Below, one piece after another: positions 35,572-46,763 of a DNA stretch of 64,000 nt (the stretch's first letter is position 1; each line of letters begins with the position of its first letter). The notes beneath the pieces were generated by a model. That model saw only the letters and a list, made by a program, of their open reading frames with translations, had not been told where the DNA came from and did no database searches. Position numbers and translations under genes: made by a program. Source of the DNA: Octopus bimaculoides. Lineage: Eukaryota. The stretch spans positions 13,838,508 to 13,902,507 of the forward strand of contig NC_068995.1 of NCBI RefSeq assembly GCF_001194135.2. The letters are read 5' to 3'.

Positions 35572-36789
35572 GAGGTATCTGTAGTCTTAATCTGAATCTG
35601 TAATATAACTCTTTTATTTCACTCGGCCATGCTTAAAAGACAGTTGTTGTAAATTATTGGAGCAAATGTCAATGTTTCTACAGCTACTTGTTAACATATT
35701 TTATGTAAAAGAATCTAAATAGAAATAATTATGTAGTGAGGAAAAAGATATTAGCCAACAACTACCATATTTACTTGTGTATAAATCTCCCCTTGAATTT
35801 AGCATTAAATCTTGGTGCGAAACTTTTTCATTTCATTGTTTTAGCTTTGCCCCATGTATAGGTCACACCCTAGGTTTTCTTTTCTGTTAAAATCAAGTAT
35901 AAAATACTGTGACTTATTCACAAGTAAATATGGTAATATTATTTTAATTAAAATCACCATCTGTATATCATAGTAAATGTATATGCATCATTAGAAAGCA
36001 CAGTACTGTGGAATTGTTTGAGATGGTAAAATCTCTTATAAACATTGCTGAAGTGATTCACAAGTGTAGCAGACACATTTCACCTTTGTTGAGGTTTGTC
36101 AATACCTTGCATTCAAATGTCAACTACGTCAACGAAATTCAGAAGTTTGCTGGACTGTATAATTAATATAATTATTTTAGCAAGCACAGGAGACAGCTCC
36201 AGGCATGTTTTTTGTCTTATGATGTCATCAGTAAAGCACAGACTTCATTGTACCTAGTGATGGAAAACTTATTTATAGAGTAACTGAAATGACATCTTTT
36301 ATTTACCCTCATCACAACTAGATTATATTCTTAGCCAGCTACTCATCTAAGTCTAGCTAAGATAGGCTTGTACAAATAGACTATAGTAGGACTTACTGGT
36401 CTTGTATGTTTCCCAACCTATTAACCATGCAAGTTAGCTACTCTACATCTACTATTCTTTGTTTAGATGTAAAGATTCATATTGGCTTGAGTTCACATGT
36501 TGATTGCATACATTTGTAATAAATATTTTTTATCATGATATATTGTATCTAATGTATTCCCCACCCCTGCTACTTGAGTATCCAATTTTACAAAGTAAAC
36601 CAAATCTTATTAAAAGTTGTGTGTTGAGCATTTTTAATGCCCCGAGATGTAAACATTTTTGTTATTAAATGCCAAGTATTTACTTTACCTCATTACCACT
36701 CCCGATTATGTAAGTTTACATGGAGTTTTAAAGACCAGCTGTTTTATTTGTGTTAATAGGAATTCTAATTTAAGATTTAGGTTAAAAAA

Positions 36790-37137
36790 ATGTAAATAAA
36801 TATTGGTTTCAAATTTGGTGCAAGGCCAGCAGTTTCAGTGGAAAGGCAGGGTCAATTACATTGACCCTGAAAGAATGAAAGGCAAAGTTGACCTTGGCAG
36901 AATTTGAACTCTGCACACCAGGCTAGACGCTTAGCAGCATTTTGTCCATCTTTACATTCTGACAGTTCTGCCAGCTTGCATATTAAAACATTATTATTAT
37001 TATTGGTATGTCTGAGTTCAAATTCTACCTTTCATCCTTTCAGGGTTGATAAAATAAGTACCAGTTAAACACTGGGGTCAATGTAATTGACTCACCCCCT
37101 CCAACAAAATTGCTACCCTTGTGGCAAAATTTGAAAC

Positions 37138-37168
<31 letters not shown>
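36790..37168. mobile_element. Adjacent family-B SINE pieces in opposite orientations, - then +
   Basis: GAATGAAAGGCAAAGTTGACC...ATTTGAACTC (-) then CTGAGTTCAAATT...CCTTTCATCCTTTCAGGGTTGATAAAATAAGTACC (+), (ATT)n tail. Confidence 0.75.
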
Positions 37169-37559
37169 TACATCATGTGATTTTAGACAGTACCTTTGAC
37201 TTTTTCCATTCAGTGGGTTTTTAACCCTATACTTAAATGTTTTTATTAATAGCTTTATCTACTTAAAGTTCCACCATTAAAAGAGAACTGTTATTATTGT
37301 GGTAGTGGTTGTGGGGAGGTGTCATTGTTACTGTTTATTATTTAATGTATTAAAGCATCTTCAATCAAATTATCTTTTGCTAATGAGAAAATTGGTTTTT
37401 AAAATGCTTTTAGGATTTTGTTTAGAATGTCTGTTGTACATGAAGTTCTGTTTATTTGTTAGTAACAACTTACATCGCATAAATTAGAGGCTGATATATT
37501 TCTTTTTCACATCATAAAAAGCCCTTCCGCACTAACTAAAACAAAAGCTGCATTTATAA

Positions 37560-37975
37560 ATGCCAGCTACATTTTATCGTTCCCCAATTTTAGCCAAGAA
37601 TTTTGGGTCTTTGACCCAATTCTTTTTTATCAACTTGTACATTCTTCTCACCCACTCTTCTCCTAATGCTTCTGTCAGCAACACTGCCTTGCTTGTTAGC
37701 AACTCTGTAAACAAATACCCTTTTCTTCTCAACAGTTAATTTTCTTATATCATCTCTTATTCATTATGTAAAGCCACCTACTTTCTCTTTTTTAGCTGTA
37801 GAGCTGTAGCTCGTAGAGTCTGCCTGTATCTGATTATATCTCGGCAAACATCCTTAAACAACTTGCTAAAATGCTCAGTTAGCATCCTTAAATATGTTCC
37901 ATATCTCTTCATTCCTCTCAGATTTTCAATTACTCTTCAGTTTTTAAGGACTTCCTTTTAACTCCATGTTTCTTT
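37560..37975 (-). mobile_element. Possible degenerate LINE ORF2 fragment (EN-RT linker region)
   Basis: Purine-rich minus strand; pieces translate ERNEEIWNIFKDA and TEALGEEWVRRMYKLIKRI, weakly resembling LINE ORF2 motifs; several stops and frameshifts. Confidence 0.35.
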
Positions 37976-38054
37976 AACCCTTTACTGGTTATTAATGCTA
38001 TCTCTTGTAGTAGACTACTGATGTGTTTCTCTAAATTTAAAAAAAATAATCTCT

Positions 38055-38455
38055 GGCATGGCTATGTGGTTAAGAAGCTTGCTTCCCAACCGTGTGGCTT
38101 CAGGTACAGTGCCACTGTCTGGCACCTTGTGTAAGTGTCTTACTATTGCTCCTGTGGCTGACCGAAGCCTTGTGAGTGGAAACTGGAAGAAACGTGTCGT
38201 GTGTGTGTGTGTGTGTGCCCTTGTCTTGAAATCGTGTGATGATTGTAAGCAAGTTTCCTTGTCTTACAAGCAATGTTGTTTGTTTCCAGACTTTCATGGA
38301 AAGCTTGTCCAGTCATGGAGAAATATTTCTTTGCTTGGAGACAGGCAGCAGGAATGGCATCTGGCCATAGAAAATCTGCCTCAACAAATTTCGTCTGACC
38401 CATACAAGCATAATAAAGTGGATGTTGAAACAAAGACAATGAATGGTAGTGATGA
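38055..38455 (+). mobile_element. SINE family A with A2 tail
   Basis: GGCATGGCTATGTGGTTAAGAAGCTTGCTTCCCAACC...CAGGAATGGCATCTGGCCATAGAAAATCTGCCTCAACAAATTTCGTCTGACCCATACAAGCAT. Confidence 0.88.
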
Positions 38456-39237
38456 TCTAATATGATTAACTTTCTGTAAAGAGATTTATGGCATGTAGTT
38501 ATCATTTTTAATAGCCTTGATGAACTGTAATTGGGTAGGAAATTAGTTAATTTGAACACCTGAGAACATTCCACAAATACAACATCCCAGATATGCAAGG
38601 CTTCAGTCTGAATTAGGTCACACTATGCAGTAAGTGATTTATAGTTCTGTTCCAGTCATGACTTGCCTACTGCATTTGGTTAATTGTTCAACCTTTTCTT
38701 ATGTAGTCATAGGTGGTGGTGGTGGCTGCTGCAGAGATGAACAATATAAACTTGGCAAATTAAAGCCTCAGTTTCCAAGGACTTAGAAATAAATGATTGG
38801 CTATTTCACAAGTAGTTTGTGCCTCATAAGGAAATTAATGGAACATTCATTCAACTGATCACCAAATTTTTGTTTTTAAATTTTCATAATGCATCTGTAT
38901 TTCTTAGCTTTTCATCTCCTGAAGACCTAACAGTAAATATCTAAGTCCACATCAGAAGGATTTTAAATCTAGAATTGGAAATTATTGAATGTCTTCTCTT
39001 ACTGTAAACCCATTGCCATTTCATTGAGTCCAGGTTGAAGTTATACCTAATTATATCATTTCCAGTGTGCTTTTCTTTATCTCTTCAAAGGAGAAACTTG
39101 GTCTGATATGAATTAACATCAGTTCTTTTCATGGCATACAGACCTGTCTTACTTTATGAATGACATTTAATTATCTGTTTAGTCAGATATTATTGTGTGT
39201 CACGTTGTGCAGGAGAAAAGGAAGTTTTTGGTCATAG

Positions 39238-39492
39238 CAATTAATTAATAAGGCAGAGATTTGAAATGATGAAAAGATTTTAGCTGAGCTTCTGCTATTA
39301 ATGATGCTAAATGTTCAATTAATTATTGGACCTCTATATATGTGAATGAAAATGTTGCAAGTGACCATATGAATTGATATCCTTTCTCATTATCTTAGCT
39401 GTAGTTGTCAATTAATTTCCCAACATCTGTCTGGAATTATTTCTCTCCTTTCTCCGCACCTATCTCTCTCCATTCATGATCTGCAATTAATT
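39238..39492 (+). promoter_or_regulatory. Candidate enhancer: four exact CAATTAATT motifs
   Basis: Copies at 39238, 39316, 39409 and 39484 in otherwise unique sequence; function is inferred only. Confidence 0.35.
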
Positions 39493-40074
39493 ATCTTCCT
39501 GTCTACCAAATATACCAACAACAATATTCATGAGTTACATTTTACTTAGTTACTTTAGCAGATTTTTGTTTTTTTTGCTGTTATATATAGATATAACAGA
39601 TCTCATAGTTGTATCTGCAGTCATGGCCAAAAGTTTGGAACATAGGTCTGAAAAAATAAGAATTTATATATTAAATGCCCAAAGTTATATTGGGTCAGAG
39701 TATATATTAGGCATAACAATTTTAATTTTTCAGAACATGTTCCAAACTTTTGGTCACAACTGTATATTCTATATAAATGTCAAAACTTGACGTAATGTCA
39801 TATCTAAGCGATGAAAAAAAAAACAACAAAAAACAAACAAAAGAGTTTGTTTTTATCATTTGCATATTATTGACGAAAAAATAGTCATCATTGTTGATTG
39901 ACAAGCTTTTCTTTCTGAAAGGTCTTGCCTCCAAATCTCTGCTCAATTTCGTATCTCATCTTTTTGATTAATTAAAAAAACACAATCTTTATTATGCACA
40001 TTCTTGAGCAATAAATAGTTTCATTGAAACATTTGAACCAGACAAATAAAAAATAAAACAATTCAACAGATTAG

Positions 40075-40791
40075 NNNNNNNNNNNNNNNNNNNNNNNNNN
40101 NNNNNNNNNNNNNNNNNNNNNNNNNNNNNNNNNNNNNNNNNNNNNNNNNNNNNNNNNNNNNNNNNNNNNNNNNNNNNNNNNNNNNNNNNNNNNNNNNNNN
40201 NNNNNNNNNNNNNNNNNNNNNNNNNNNNNNNNNNNNNNNNNNNNNNNNNNNNNNNNNNNNNNNNNNNNNNNNNNNNNNNNNNNNNNNNNNNNNNNNNNNN
40301 NNNNNNNNNNNNNNNNNNNNNNNNNNNNNNNNNNNNNNNNNNNNNNNNNNNNNNNNNNNNNNNNNNNNNNNNNNNNNNNNNNNNNNNNNNNNNNNNNNNN
40401 NNNNNNNNNNNNNNNNNNNNNNNNNNNNNNNNNNNNNNNNNNNNNNNNNNNNNNNNNNNNNNNNNNNNNNNNNNNNNNNNNNNNNNNNNNNNNNNNNNNN
40501 NNNNNNNNNNNNNNNNNNNNNNNNNNNNNNNNNNNNNNNNNNNNNNNNNNNNNNNNNNNNNNNNNNNNNNNNNNNNNNNNNNNNNNNNNNNNNNNNNNNN
40601 NNNNNNNNNNNNNNNNNNNNNNNNNNNNNNNNNNNNNNNNNNNNNNNNNNNNNNNNNNNNNNNNNNNNNNNNNNNNNNNNNNNNNNNNNNNNNNNNNNNN
40701 NNNNNNNNNNNNNNNNNNNNNNNNNNNNNNNNNNNNNNNNNNNNNNNNNNNNNNNNNNNNNNNNNNNNNNNNNNNNNNNNNNNNNNNNNNN
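40075..40791. other. Assembly gap, followed by (CT)n
   Basis: N run. Confidence 1.
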
Positions 40792-40837
<46 letters not shown>

Positions 40838-41109
40838 CCTCTCTCACTGTTCTGTCTGTCTGCCTGTCTCTGTTTTTTTTTTTTAAAGTTATTTCTATTC
40901 CTTGCAATACTCTCAAAGTTTAATATCACCCTCATCAACATTCCTCTTCACACAACACTTTAGCAATGTGAAGCATCATGCTTCAGACATCTGAGCTTTA
41001 TATAGTTTCTTAAGTACAACCAAACTAATTCATCTTTTTCTTAATTGTCCACCCTCACATATTCACCTACACTGATAATAATAATTGTATGTTAAAGTGG
41101 TAATAAAGA

Positions 41110-41330
41110 AAACCTTATCTACTATAGGCATGAGACCTGAAATTTTGGTGGAGGGGACTAGTTGATTATATCAATCCCAGTGTTTCACTGGTAGTTATTT
41201 TATCAACCCCGAAAGGATGAAAAACAAAGTCAACTTCAGTGGAATTTGATCTCAGAAAGTAAAGACAAGTGAAATGCCGCTAAAGCATTTTACTTGGCAT
41301 GCTAATGGTTCTGCCAGCTCGCCACCTTAA
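41110..41330 (-). mobile_element. SINE family B
   Basis: GCATGAGACCTGAAATTTTGG...CAACCCCGAAAGGATGAAAA...GGTTCTGCCAGCTCGCCACCTT. Confidence 0.88.
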
Positions 41331-41641
41331 TAATAATAATTTATGGAGATAGATGTAAGGTTTTCATGAAAGTGTAAATACAATTAGAAGAGCGTGATAT
41401 ATTTGATAAAACAGATTGATTTTGTTTATTGCATTGAACAATAGTTGGGTAGGTCTTTTGTCTCCAGTTTTCAAAATGAAAACTACACAGAAATGCAGAA
41501 ATTCAATGCAGGATAGTCCTGTTGAAATTTTGAACTTTTGCGGAGCTGTGTATTTTTCATTTTGCAATGAACAAAGTCAATCTGTGTTTTATTACACTGT
41601 GTTGCACTCTGCTTATCGTGTATTATTATTATTATTATTGT

Positions 41642-41951
41642 GAAGGCGCGTGGCTTAGTGGTTAGGGCATTCGGCTCACGATCGTAATGTTGTGAGTTCG
41701 ATTCCTGGCGACACATTGTGCCCTTGAGCAAGGCACTTTATTTCATGTTGCTCCAGTCCACTCAGCTGGCAAAAATGAGTAGTACCTGTATTTCAAAGGG
41801 CCAGCCTTGTCCTGCTGAGCTTCCCTGAGAACTACGTTAGGGGTACACATGTCTGTCGATTGCTCAGTCACTTGCATGTTAATTTCATGAGCAGGCTGTT
41901 CCGTTGATTGTATCAGCTGGGACCCTTGCCGTCGTAACCGACGGAGTGCTC
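41642..41951 (+). mobile_element. SINE family C, full length with tRNA-like A and B boxes
   Basis: A box TGGCTTAGTGG (41651-41661), B box GAGTTCGATTCC (41694-41705), body ending GTCGTAACCGACGGAGTG, inserted in an (ATT)n tract. Confidence 0.9.
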
Positions 41952-41979
41952 CTATTATTATTATTATTATTATTAATAT

Positions 41980-42460
41980 TAAGGCAGTGAGCTGGCAAAA
42001 TCATTGCAGTGCTGGGCAGAATGCTTAGCAGCATACTTATGTATTTACGTTCTGAGTTCAAATTCCGCCAAAGTTACTTTGCCTTTCATCTTTTCTAGGT
42101 CAGTAAAATGGACACTGGGGTCAATGTAACTGACTTACCCCCTTCCACAAATCTACTGGCCTTATACCAAAATTTGGCACCATTATTAAAGGTGGTGAGC
42201 TGGCAGATTTGCTAGCACGCTGGGCAAAGTGATTAGTAGCACTTTGTCTGTCTTTGCATTCTGAGTTCAAACTCCACCAAGGTTGACTTAGCTTTTCATC
42301 TTTTTGGATCAATGAAATAAGTACCAGTTACACACTGGGGTCGATGTAATTGACCAGCTCCCACCCCAAAATTTCAGGCCTAGTGCTTATAGTAGAAAGG
42401 ATGATTATTATTGTTTATTGTTATTGTTTATATTATTTATTATTATTATTATTTATTTTT
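41980..42460 (+). mobile_element. Two tandem family-B SINEs plus (ATT)n-like tail abutting the SLMAP acceptor
   Basis: Units start AAGGCAGTGAGCTGGC (about 41980) and AAGGTGGTGAGCTGGC (about 42188); TT(A/G)-rich tail about 42401-42460. Confidence 0.88.
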
Positions 42461-42490
42461 TAGGTTAAAGGGGAGGCTAAATGACCAGCA
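42461..42490 (+). other. SLMAP: 3' splice site (TAG 42461-42463) and 27-nt 5'UTR part of the SLMAP start exon
   Basis: T-rich tract then TAG|G; in-frame TGA at 42482-42484 upstream of the ATG rules out an N-terminal extension; exact acceptor choice is inferred. Confidence 0.65.
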
Positions 42491-42679
42491 ATGTCAGCTG
42501 TGGCCATTTTAACATGTACACCAAATTCACACCCATTCCTAGCAAGGCACATAACTCTTCATGAACCAGTCAAAGTGGGTAGATCTGTTGCTAGGGCACG
42601 TCCATCACCCAGCAATGGCACATTTGACTGCAAAGTTCTGTCAAGGAACCATGCTATTCTCTGGTACAAGAATGGAAAG
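42491..42679 (+). CDS. SLMAP: Sarcolemmal membrane-associated protein, first coding exon (N-terminal half of FHA domain, 63 aa)
   Basis: [63 protein letters not shown] closely matches the recalled vertebrate SLMAP N-terminus ([57 protein letters not shown]). FHA motifs GR and SRxH are present. Strong phase-0 donor AAG|GTAAGT at 42680. Confidence 0.95.
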
Positions 42680-42913
42680 GTAAGTGACATGCTTTATAAA
42701 TTTTAATTAATTTTCTGACCTGCACAAAGCCAGAAATTTGAGGGTTGGGCTTGGTTGATTAAATTGCTCCTACTATTCTACTGACGGTTACTTTGATTAG
42801 TTGGGCTGAACACCTCGTTAGTAGGGTGTGGCAATATTTTGATGGGATGTGGGCTATGTCATTCAGTGAACAAACATTTGCAATAAAGTTATATATATTT
42901 TATATATATATAT

Positions 42914-43161
42914 TTTATATAAGGGCATTACTATACATGAATGCCTCATGCTATGAGGGACTCTAAGGTCAAACTACCATAGTAAACACATTTTTACCGA
43001 ACACGAGGAAATGCAACTCTCAAAGCTTGCTTCTTAAAAACAGACTAAGCTTTGAAAGTTGCATTTCCTCGCATTCGGTAAAAATGTGTTTATTATGGTA
43101 GTTTGACCTTAGAGTCCCTCATAGCATGAGGCATTCATGTATAGTAATGCCCTTATATAAA
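42914..43161. mobile_element. Long foldback element (114-bp arms, 18-nt loop), putative MITE in TA-rich site
   Basis: 42915-43028 is the reverse complement of 43047-43160 with 4 mismatches. Confidence 0.85.
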
Positions 43162-43266
43162 TAAATATATTTTGGGGAATAAATGATTTTTCCTTAAGAG
43201 GTTTTTTCACGCTAGCTACTTGATAAATTCTTATAAAAGATTTATATAATGCATATATAAAGAACT

Positions 43267-43582
43267 CCATCGGTCATGAATGACCATGGGATTGCACCTT
43301 GAAAGTTCCCCTCTGAGGCACAAGTCCAGGCAAGGTTCTTTGTGGAAGACTAGCAGTCACCCATGCATACCAAACCCCACTCTCCGCTGATGTTATCCAA
43401 GGGAAAGGCAAAGGCCAATACAGCTTGGCACCAGTGACGTCACAACTCATTTCTACAGCTGAGTGAACTGGAACAACGTGAAATAAAGTGTCTTGCTCAA
43501 GAACACAACACACAATCCAGTCTGGGAATTGAACTCACTACCTCATGATTGTGAGCTTGATGGTCTAACCACTGAGCCACAC
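43267..43582 (-). mobile_element. SINE with family-C head and a different tail (C2)
   Basis: Reverse complement head GTGGCTCAGTGGTTAG...GAGTTCAATTCCC...CTTGAGCAAGACACTTTATTTCACGTTG...CACTCAGCTG, then a tail unrelated to that of 41642. Confidence 0.8.
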
Positions 43583-43736
43583 ACATGCTATATACTTTGA
43601 CCATTCATTGTGGGATTTGTGTTTAGAAAATCAGTGTGCATGGGACAGTGGTTATGACAGATTGGTTAACTACAAGGTTGATTATTCCATACTAGGGGAT
43701 TTTGTCTATTGATTTGATTCCAATGACTATCTCAAG

Positions 43737-43870
43737 GTTCTGAGTTCGAATCCCCTCCCCCATCAAGGCTGACCTCACCTTTCACCCTTTCAAGGTCAAT
43801 AAAATAAAGTACCAACAAAGTACTGGAGTTGACCTAATTGATAATACCACCCCCAACAATAACTTTGTGG
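43737..43870 (+). mobile_element. SINE family B fragment
   Basis: GTTCTGAGTTCGAATC...CCTTTCACCCTTTCAAGGTCAATAAAATAAAGTACC. Confidence 0.7.
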
Positions 43871-44459
43871 CCTTTTGTGTTTGTTAAAGATCAATATTTA
43901 TTAATTATAAATTAATGGAATTCTACATTCCATATTTTGGAACCAATCAGTTAATGAAATGGTTTGAGGATCAAATTTAGAATAGATCGATTTATTTCTG
44001 CCACTTTCTGATTTGTCTTTTGTATAGGTTCATTTTAAAAGTATTCCTTGTAGTTATTGTATAGTGTAGTTCTGTGGTAGTGTGGAGGTTGTGTACTTCT
44101 ATGGTACATTCTCTTCTTCTGTGTCCTCTGTAAGAGAGATGTTTAACTCTAAATTCACCTCAATTGAACAAACCTCTGATTGGAGGTATTCTGGATATGA
44201 CATCATTACATTTTTTAAAAAAGTTTTAAAGGAAATAGTGCATCTCCCCATCAACAAAAAAAGTTAAGATTGGTATGAGGGAGATTTAGCTGCTATTTCT
44301 AGCCACTTTTTGGTCAAGGTTGATGTATTAAACTACAACTTGCTAGGCTAACTACTGAGAACACCTATGTTTGCTAGACCTGCTAGAAATACCAGCTAGA
44401 TCTTGCACATGTTACACCTGATAGTTTTTATGAAAGAGGATACTTGAAAATGTATTCTG

Positions 44460-44461
<2 letters not shown>

Positions 44462-44533
<72 letters not shown>
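44462..44533. repeat. (AT)n microsatellite
   Basis: Direct reading. Confidence 0.97.
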
Positions 44534-44541
<8 letters not shown>

Positions 44542-44722
44542 TGCCTAAAGACAGGATAGACATACCTGGAATACCTTTAGTAATAGTTTCAATGATTTAT
44601 CAATGCATTCTGCTTGCTATATTATGGTTGCTCAATGCAGAGTAGGCTTTGCTGATCATGAAACCATATCACAATCATTTAATGTCCATTTCTCCTTTCC
44701 ATGCTTACATGGGTTATTATAC

Positions 44723-44892
44723 CAGTGATTCTCATTTGGGGTCCTCATGACCCTTGGTGAGAGAAGGGGGTCCATTAAAATTTATGTGCAGTAAATTAGT
44801 TATGCTTCTACAATACATAAAATATTAAAAAAATTTTTATATAGTTCCTAATGTTTATAGAAATACAATAGGATTTTTTAAAACTTCAAATG
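44723..44892 (+). mobile_element. Left part of hAT/Charlie-type MITE (30833 family)
   Basis: CAGTGATTCTCATTTGGGGTCC...TTATGTGCAGTAAA...CTTCTACAATA...AATACAATAGGATTTTTTAAA. Confidence 0.7.
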
Positions 44893-44924
44893 AATACTCG
44901 CACATGCATTCACCTGCTTGATGG

Positions 44925-45073
44925 AGTCTTTCAGTCTCTTTTTAACAAATCCACTCACAATCCATTGGTTGGCTCCATGCTATAGCAGAAGACACTTGCC
45001 CAAGGTGCCACACAGTGGGGACTGAACCAAAGACCACGCGATTATGAAGCAGACTTCTTAACCACACAGCCAC
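44925..45073 (-). mobile_element. SINE family A head and core
   Basis: CAAATCCACTCACAA...GAAGACACTTGCCCAAGGTGCCACACAGTGGG...CTTAACCACACAGCCA. Confidence 0.82.
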
Positions 45074-45557
45074 TAGAGACTTTCACGCTCTAATAGAGGA
45101 CAAAGACCACTTGACTATATTGATTATTATTAGCTGAGACATAAAATTGAGGAACTACCAAAACTAATGGGGTGCTAGCAGTGGTGGTGGTGGGGGACAG
45201 ATTCCTAGCAGAGCTTGGTGAAATCCAGCTCATTTGTGGCCATTTGAAGAAAACGGTTTCGCTAAACAATAATATATATAAAAATCAATTAAAATGAAAA
45301 ACAAAAAAATTTAAGGATTTTGCTGCTGATTGCATTCTTTTTGACTGAATGTCTTCCAAGTGGCTGCATTTCCTTATTGTGTTCTTTGACTGTAAGATAG
45401 AAATTATTCCGATATTGGTAATAGATGTTGATGATGTAATATTTGTGTGATTATTTGGTGATCATTATGTAAAATCCATTGATAAATCCTTAGTAACTTA
45501 AGACTTTTGTCTTTGAAATCTTGAAGCAAAAGTTTAAGCTGGAAATCGATAGTTACC

Positions 45558-46153
45558 NNNNNNNNNNNNNNNNNNNNNNNNNNNNNNNNNNNNNNNNNNN
45601 NNNNNNNNNNNNNNNNNNNNNNNNNNNNNNNNNNNNNNNNNNNNNNNNNNNNNNNNNNNNNNNNNNNNNNNNNNNNNNNNNNNNNNNNNNNNNNNNNNNN
45701 NNNNNNNNNNNNNNNNNNNNNNNNNNNNNNNNNNNNNNNNNNNNNNNNNNNNNNNNNNNNNNNNNNNNNNNNNNNNNNNNNNNNNNNNNNNNNNNNNNNN
45801 NNNNNNNNNNNNNNNNNNNNNNNNNNNNNNNNNNNNNNNNNNNNNNNNNNNNNNNNNNNNNNNNNNNNNNNNNNNNNNNNNNNNNNNNNNNNNNNNNNNN
45901 NNNNNNNNNNNNNNNNNNNNNNNNNNNNNNNNNNNNNNNNNNNNNNNNNNNNNNNNNNNNNNNNNNNNNNNNNNNNNNNNNNNNNNNNNNNNNNNNNNNN
46001 NNNNNNNNNNNNNNNNNNNNNNNNNNNNNNNNNNNNNNNNNNNNNNNNNNNNNNNNNNNNNNNNNNNNNNNNNNNNNNNNNNNNNNNNNNNNNNNNNNNN
46101 NNNNNNNNNNNNNNNNNNNNNNNNNNNNNNNNNNNNNNNNNNNNNNNNNNNNN
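45558..46153. other. Assembly gap
   Basis: N run. Confidence 1.
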
Positions 46154-46572
46154 CATGCGTCTACGTAATTTGTGAAACAATCAATTTTTATATAAAGCCT
46201 CATTAGTATTGTTCGTTGTTAGTATACGACTAAATATTTTAGTGCAGTTTCCTTTTAAAAGACCAGCTGTCTTGTTTTTTGTTTTTTTCCTTATCTCAAA
46301 TTAAATTTCTATAATTCATATACATTTTTTTTTTTTAAATATCTTTTTTAAATATTTATAAAATCTTTATTATAAATATTTCTAGTTGCATAATTTGTAA
46401 ACATTTCGCTATCACTTAATTTGAATGTTCCACTTGGCAGCTTTCCTTTTCGGTGAGTGCCAATTAGTGTATTTTGCTCAGGGAGCAAAATGCCAAGATA
46501 GTTTTATTTTAAGTTCAACACTTCGTTCTTAACTAACCAGTTCTCACACTTCTCTCTCTGTATGTATATATA

Positions 46573-46610
<38 letters not shown>

Positions 46611-46611
<1 letters not shown>

Positions 46612-46763
46612 CATCATCATCATCATCATCGTTTAATGTCCGCTTTCCATGCTAGCATGGGTTGGACGATTTGACTGAGGACTGGTGAAACCAGATGGCA
46701 AAACCAGGCTCCAATGTGATTTGGCAGAGTTTCTACTGCTGGATGCCCTTCCTAACGCCAACC
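46611..46763 (-). mobile_element. Family D element 3' part, low divergence, running into gap
   Basis: (CAT)n CGTTTAATGTCCGCTTTCCATGCTAGCATGGGTTGGACG...GCTGGATGCCCTTCCTAACGCCAACC. Confidence 0.88.

Noticed and set aside
41642-41715. tRNA-like sequence with A and B boxes
   Set aside because: No acceptor stem closure, and it continues directly into a repeated SINE body; it is a SINE head, not a tRNA gene.
45404-45557. Minus-strand reading frame next to a gap (VTIDFQLKLLLQDFKDKSLKLLRIYQW...)
   Set aside because: No recognisable motif, and no match to the expected SLMAP exon (also the wrong strand); cannot be supported.
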